Shown: positions 22,384 through 27,494 of the stretch, in pieces
Position numbering within the stretch: the stretch's first letter is position 1
Layout of the letters: every line of letters begins with the position of its first letter
Origin: Priapulus caudatus
Taxonomy: Eukaryota
Reading direction: 5' to 3'
DNA: 27,494 nucleotides
Assembly: GCF_000485595.1 (NCBI RefSeq)
Contig: NW_014577061.1
Span: forward strand, 1,702,013 to 1,729,506
The notes under the pieces: generated by a model
Database searches by the model: none
Seen by the model: the letters and a program-made list of their open reading frames with translations, nothing else
What the model was told of the DNA's origin: nothing
Made by a program: the position numbers and the translations under genes

Positions 22384-22400
22384 CAGCGCCACCTGGTGAC
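22384..22400 (-). promoter_or_regulatory. candidate CTCF-binding site
   Basis: The minus strand reads gtcaccaggtggcgctg, one base from the core consensus CCACCAGGTGGCGCTG. Confidence 0.4.
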
Positions 22401-22801
22401 GTAGGCCTACATAACCAGTGGCGTTGACCCGTTTGTATAACAGCGATGATGCCGACTATAATAGCGAGCCAATATTGAATACAATCTAACTGTTTACGAG
22501 TCGCCTTGTCTGTCATCACCGCCATGGCCGCGCCTATATATTTCTCGGGAACGCCGTTTGCGCTATATATATAATTTATGTTCTTGAGGTTCTTTTACAG
22601 CTTCGGTATATAATTAGCTTACCTTATTATTAGCTTATATTACGTATTGCTATACACGAATGCTTGCGTGAACTAACATAAATATAGCACATGACGTAAT
22701 TATTATTATAAAGAACAGGTTCTTTTTCGTTCGAAGAATATATATATATTTATTTATTATTTATATATATAGGACAATACATATATCCATAAATTATATT
22801 A

Positions 22802-22871
22802 TCAAGAGCTAGTAATACGTAAGCTGATAACACCTCATTTAGGTAATGTCTAAGGTATTATTTGCTCTTGA
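22802..22871. mobile_element. 70-bp MITE-like palindromic insertion (same family as 4683-4752)
   Basis: Ends tcaagagctagtaatac / gtattatttgctcttga (15/17 complementary). Flanks are tatta / tacta. Confidence 0.7.
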
Positions 22872-23854
22872 TACTATTATTCGAGAACAGTATGTAACGC
22901 GTCATGAATATGCATTTTGAGTGTGGAAAAGAGTGTGTGCGCGTGTGCATTCTGGTGGGCGGGAGGTTGGATGGATGGATCGTTAGATAGGCGGTTGTAT
23001 TCTCTTAGTTCATATTGTATTCATACTTTAGGTTCGTAGGAATGCAAGTCGCTGTCAACATCTAAATTCACGCTCGAGATCATTGCGTGAAAATTCCCCC
23101 TTAAGATTTGGCAACGAAACTTCTTACGAGAAGTCGTTAGACATCATCTCTAGGTCACGAGTAATGCATCTTGGTTGGCAGCGATGGGACGTGGTGGGTG
23201 ACGCTATTATCCCGCCTGGAATTGTGCCGGGCTGATTATTTTCTAAGCAAATCCCATTTATTTGCTGTACCAGCTAGATAAGGGCCGTGTCTAGAAAATG
23301 CCGATCTCTGAACAACCCCCGTCGGTCTCGGTTCGCGATGGCTTCTTTTGTTGGCAAAGAAAGAGCGATTTCATGTGGAGTAGCATCTCGTTTCCCGCGT
23401 AGATGGTCGGTTGCCATACATATAGCACACACAGCGCCCTCCCGCCGCTCCCCGCATATGTTTCTCCCCTACGATCTGCATGCAGTAGCGCGTTTAAAAA
23501 TACCGTTGCATTTTGCTGCGAGTTTTCTCGACCGTTTGATTAGCTGCTCTGGTCAGTTCGGACCGACGTGAGGCTCCGTGTGGATGCACGGGTCATGCGT
23601 TATTTATAGAGGCAGCATGTGGCCAATGCCGATTAGGTTTTCAGGCCGCATATCCCGAGACAAAAATGCCATGTCGCCGGGCGTACACAGCAGTGTATAG
23701 GCTCGAAAAGCAAAATAGAATGCAGCTTCGATGTGGTGTGCGGCCTTTGTGTGCAACCCCCGTCTTCTGGCAGTCCGCTCGCATTTGATAGAACATTGGG
23801 GATTTTTGTGATGATGACAGCATTCGATGTCGAACATATTTACAGAGCGCCCAC

Positions 23855-23961
23855 GAGAGAGAGAGAGAGAGAGGGAGAAACGAGAGAGAGGCGAAAGAGA
23901 GAGAGGGAGAGAGAGAGAGAGAGAGAGCAAGACAGAGGGGACGGGGGAGAGACAGAGAGAA
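23855..23961. repeat. (GA)-rich tract
   Basis: Directly visible. Confidence 0.9.
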
Positions 23962-24085
23962 AATGTGATGACGTACGTCACCGGCTTCGGAATTTGCTGG
24001 TAACACTAATCAACAAACATGTTTAACTTGTGCGCCTTCCACTTTTAGTTCCGTTTCGCCGAAGCTAGCAGCATGCTGCGATTGA

Positions 24086-24357
24086 GGTGGTAAATTACAC
24101 AGGCACTTGGGCCGTTTCAATAATAAAATGATGGTTAATAAGCCTACAACTACTGTGTACAACTACTGTGTATTTGTGCACAATGGCGTGCATGCTATAG
24201 GAATGTGTGTTGCAGCGGTGTATTGGACGGTATTGAAGTGAAGTTATAAGGTCAAATCAAACTATGAATACTGCCAGGTCTAGTACTGACAAGTTGTAGG
24301 CTTATTAACCATCGTTTTATTATTGAAACAGCCCAAGTGCCTGTGGTATATTACACC
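24086..24357. mobile_element. fold-back/MITE-like element with 54-bp near-perfect inverted arms
   Basis: 24098-24151 and 24292-24345 are reverse complements with 2 mismatches, and looser pairing extends ~12 bp outward. There is an internal 13-bp duplication tacaactactgtg x2. Confidence 0.75.
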
Positions 24358-24524
24358 GCGCTGCAGCGCTGTTCCTCGCCTGCTCCTGTACATGTCATAG
24401 AACAAGTTGTGTGTTTACATTGCATTGGCCTTCTCTTACTCTGGCCAGCACTCTTCGGGGGACACAAAGAGTGTATTACGATTCTAATTCTGAATGTGGT
24501 TATCCAAGACCTTTCCATTTTCAG

Positions 24525-24673
24525 ACTCCTGCGTTTTAAGAAACGTTGGTTAAACAACAGTAGAAAGGAAAAAATGGATGAAAGGAAAAAGGAAAAAGGA
24601 TATGGAAAATGGATGAAAGGAAAAAATGGAATGAAAGGATGTGTTAAATTGAAAGGAGAGGATCGTCTAAGCG
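24525..24673 (+). other. candidate purine-rich exon
   Basis: Acceptor ctttccattttcag and donor GCG|gtaagg. The interior is a low-complexity GGAAAAA/GGATGAAA repeat. Confidence 0.3.
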
Positions 24674-25068
24674 GTAAGGGGGCATAGAGGAAGTTGGGGG
24701 TATGTCAAGATGCAGAGATTATATGGTGCCGGTGTCATATTGCCACCACACAGGAAAGATGAGCAGGGACATCCACATATGGGATTACAAGGCAGGAAAT
24801 CCTGAAAACGTGTAGAAAATGTCCCTGCGTAAGCGCAAGTACATAGTACGTATGTGAGTATACACAACCCGTTTATAAAGTAGGGTTTGTATAATATAAC
24901 GCTCATATTTGCGTAGGAGTATAAGTATTTAGCATACAAGAGCTGCTTGTATCTCGAAAGGTGGTATATCTGGTATCGTAATGGTATGATAAGGCACGCG
25001 ACAAGGTCAAATTTCGACGCAAATGGGTGTCCAGATGCCAAATACACGCCTTTGTCTCTGTTGCACAG

Positions 25069-25131
25069 GAATATAATCAGGATGTAATCTGTTTCTTTAA
25101 GTAATTCCGGGGGAATCGCCTGAACCAAAAG
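25069..25131 (+). other. candidate non-coding exon (63 nt)
   Basis: Acceptor ctttgtctctgttgcacag and donor AAG|gtaact. All three frames contain stops. Confidence 0.35.
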
Positions 25132-25299
25132 GTAACTGCCCCTACGTCCTACGTTTTGGTCGACGTAGGTCTGGTTGTGCTTCGGCGAGGGATTGGATTT
25201 AATTAGAAACTAATACTACTTATGCAGGTATTATAATGTTTTGATTGAATATTATTAGAAGTAAAAAATCTCCCTTTTAAAAAGACAATTTATTTTCAG

Positions 25300-25478
25300 T
25301 CACTCCAGAAATTAGGCGTGTGTTTCGCATTGATAACGTACGAGATATATATACGTCACGGCTGTTCAGCATGCGATGAGCACCGGCTGCGTGCGCCCAC
25401 GTGTGCAGTGTTGCGTACGCAGCTCTCTGGGCGTGTTGAGGATGGTCGAATGAACAAAAACTATGGCGGTACTTGGAA
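25300..25478 (+). other. candidate exon (179 nt)
   Basis: Acceptor atttattttcag and donor GAA|gtaagt. One frame is open, with no recognisable homology. Confidence 0.3.
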
Positions 25479-26504
25479 GTAAGTAGCGACATTTAGAAGT
25501 GAGGAAGTGGCCATCTCTCATCCTGCCATTCCGACATTCAACTAGTTGCTCGGTTTAGCAATTACATACTTTTATAACGCTATGCGCCCGCAGAGGCAGT
25601 GCCGTGTCGCATTAGTCCGCTAGCTGGTTGGTAAGCAAAAATAGCAGGTTTTTGCCGCTTAATCGTATATCTTTTATGTCTAAGCATCTATCTATTTTCA
25701 TAGCTTTGAACCTGTTGTTTTAGTCTAACGAAGACAGTTCTCCTAAGAGATATATTGGTGTACGTTTATGGGTATAGCGCGCGGTGCGTCGTGAAGGTGG
25801 CTGCATACGTGCCGATTCCGTGTGTTGATTTTGTAGCAAATGTATTCTGTATACTTATGTATAAAGTTAGCAAGTAGTGAGTAGCAACGTTATATCATGT
25901 GCGTATACATGCAGTGTGTATTTATGGTAATCGGAAACGAACCTTCGGAGTAGCAATCTCCTTTTTGTAAAGAGAAAATTTATAAAAGAATGAATACGAC
26001 AAGCGTTGGTCATAATACAGCGGTGACAGCGAGAGAGAGTGGCAAACGCTATAAGACTCCGTTGATAATGAAACGTTGATAGATCGTAATTTGATGCCCT
26101 CATAGGTGTGGGAAATCTCGTCTAGCAACGAAAACGTCTGAAATACTATTGCACAAAAACGCAGTTTTCTCATTTAAGGGGAATAATGATTTCACCTTGT
26201 GGTAATTAGATTGCCTACACGTACGCGGGTGCAGAATTAATGAGGCTCGCTGCGCTGCGCATTGCCTGTGTAATTGCTTCACTATTTAACGAGCTCAGTG
26301 TTTTTGTTGTGCATTGCGCTGGCATGTCAATGCAAATGGCAGCCTTTCGCGCCTTTCTTTTCGCGTGGTGCTACTTGGCCGCTTGCTGCGTGTCTCCGTC
26401 TGCACACTCTCTACTGCCGGCCCAAGTGCCATGTGACTGTTGGGTACTCTCGCGTATCGTTCAGTGTTGCTTATAAATACCTTTAGTTAGATTAAAATTA
26501 AAAT

Positions 26505-26505
26505 C

Positions 26506-26543
<38 letters not shown>

Positions 26544-26860
26544 GATTCTCTCTCCTCTCTCTCTCTCTCCGAGTCTCTCATCTCTCTCTCTCACGGTCTT
26601 CACTTCTCTCTCACTCATACTCCCTCTCTCCTCCTCGATCCATCTCTCTCCTCTCTCTCTCTCTCTCCTCTCGCTCTATCGTGCTTTCTGTCAACACGCA
26701 TCACTCTCCTCCTCTCCCTGCCCAACTATCGCTGACTGACCTCTTCGCTCTCCATCTATCCCTTCTATCCATCCGCCTCTCCTTGCCTCCCTTCTCCCTC
26801 CCTCCATTCCGACCGACCCTCTCCTCGCTCCCTGCTGGTCACTCCTTCCTTCAATCCAAT
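26505..26860. repeat. (CT)-rich tract decaying toward the right
   Basis: Directly visible. Confidence 0.9.
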
Positions 26861-27494
26861 TACGCCATCACATCATACCCGCTTCATGCCACCTTACCCA
26901 GTATATTAATTATCACGGTTTGACCTGTGAAACTCGACGAGGGTAAATGCGTTTTATTTATCGTATATATAAGCTTTGTCTCGGTGTTGCCTCCAAACCA
27001 TGGCATATATATATTGACACAGCTGCTAATGTGCTCGTTCCAGTCCGTATATAATTATAGAAAAACAAGCTGTGTGCGTTTGTGTAGGCAAAATGGATAT
27101 AGAAAGCGAAAAAGACGGGGAAAAGGGGAAAAGTAACTGACAAGAGGCGATATCTATATGTCCACCATGGATGGACAGTGTGCAGCGTTTTACATGATCT
27201 GTGCTTGAAATGACACGGTTGTGCGATCGTGTGTACACGTGGCCTTACAATTATTATTTGATTAAGGACTAAATCCTGTAGGGGCGGGAGGCGGGAATAA
27301 TGCTATGTAGCGCGGGCAGGTTTTATCACGCAGCCAGAAGCAGGTGTTTCCGCGTATTGACAGAACATTATCGCTGAGTGAAAAGAGTTGTACGGATCAC
27401 GGACTTATTAAATCCCATGAGCGTCTGCGCACGCACGTTCTTGGAGCTGCATTGATGACGGTAAATTGCAAGGATTACCCTTTCCCTTGCGTCC

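Noticed and set aside
24667..25128. 153-aa minus-strand ORF
   Set aside because: Non-ATG start, no known domain, and a composition typical of non-coding or repeat-derived sequence.

Overview
This is eukaryotic, most likely animal, non-coding DNA (intronic or intergenic). CpG is abundant throughout, which points to an invertebrate-type genome (inference). I recognise no protein-coding gene, and no rRNA, tRNA or CRISPR array. The long ORFs in the track mostly translate microsatellites. The window is dominated by simple repeats ((GA)/(CT), (CGTG), (CA), (TG), (TA)), a mosaic five-unit ~74-bp tandem array and small non-autonomous mobile elements. These include one clear Helentron-type (HINE/DINE-1-like) element, a probable Helitron remnant, two long fold-back elements, and several 27-70 bp palindromic micro-insertions flanked by target-site duplications. 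Several short stretches have good splice-site pairs, mostly on the + strand and often closed in all frames. They may be exons of a lncRNA or a long 5' UTR, but this cannot be confirmed without transcript data. The most unusual signal is the set of tiny TSD-flanked palindromic insertions.
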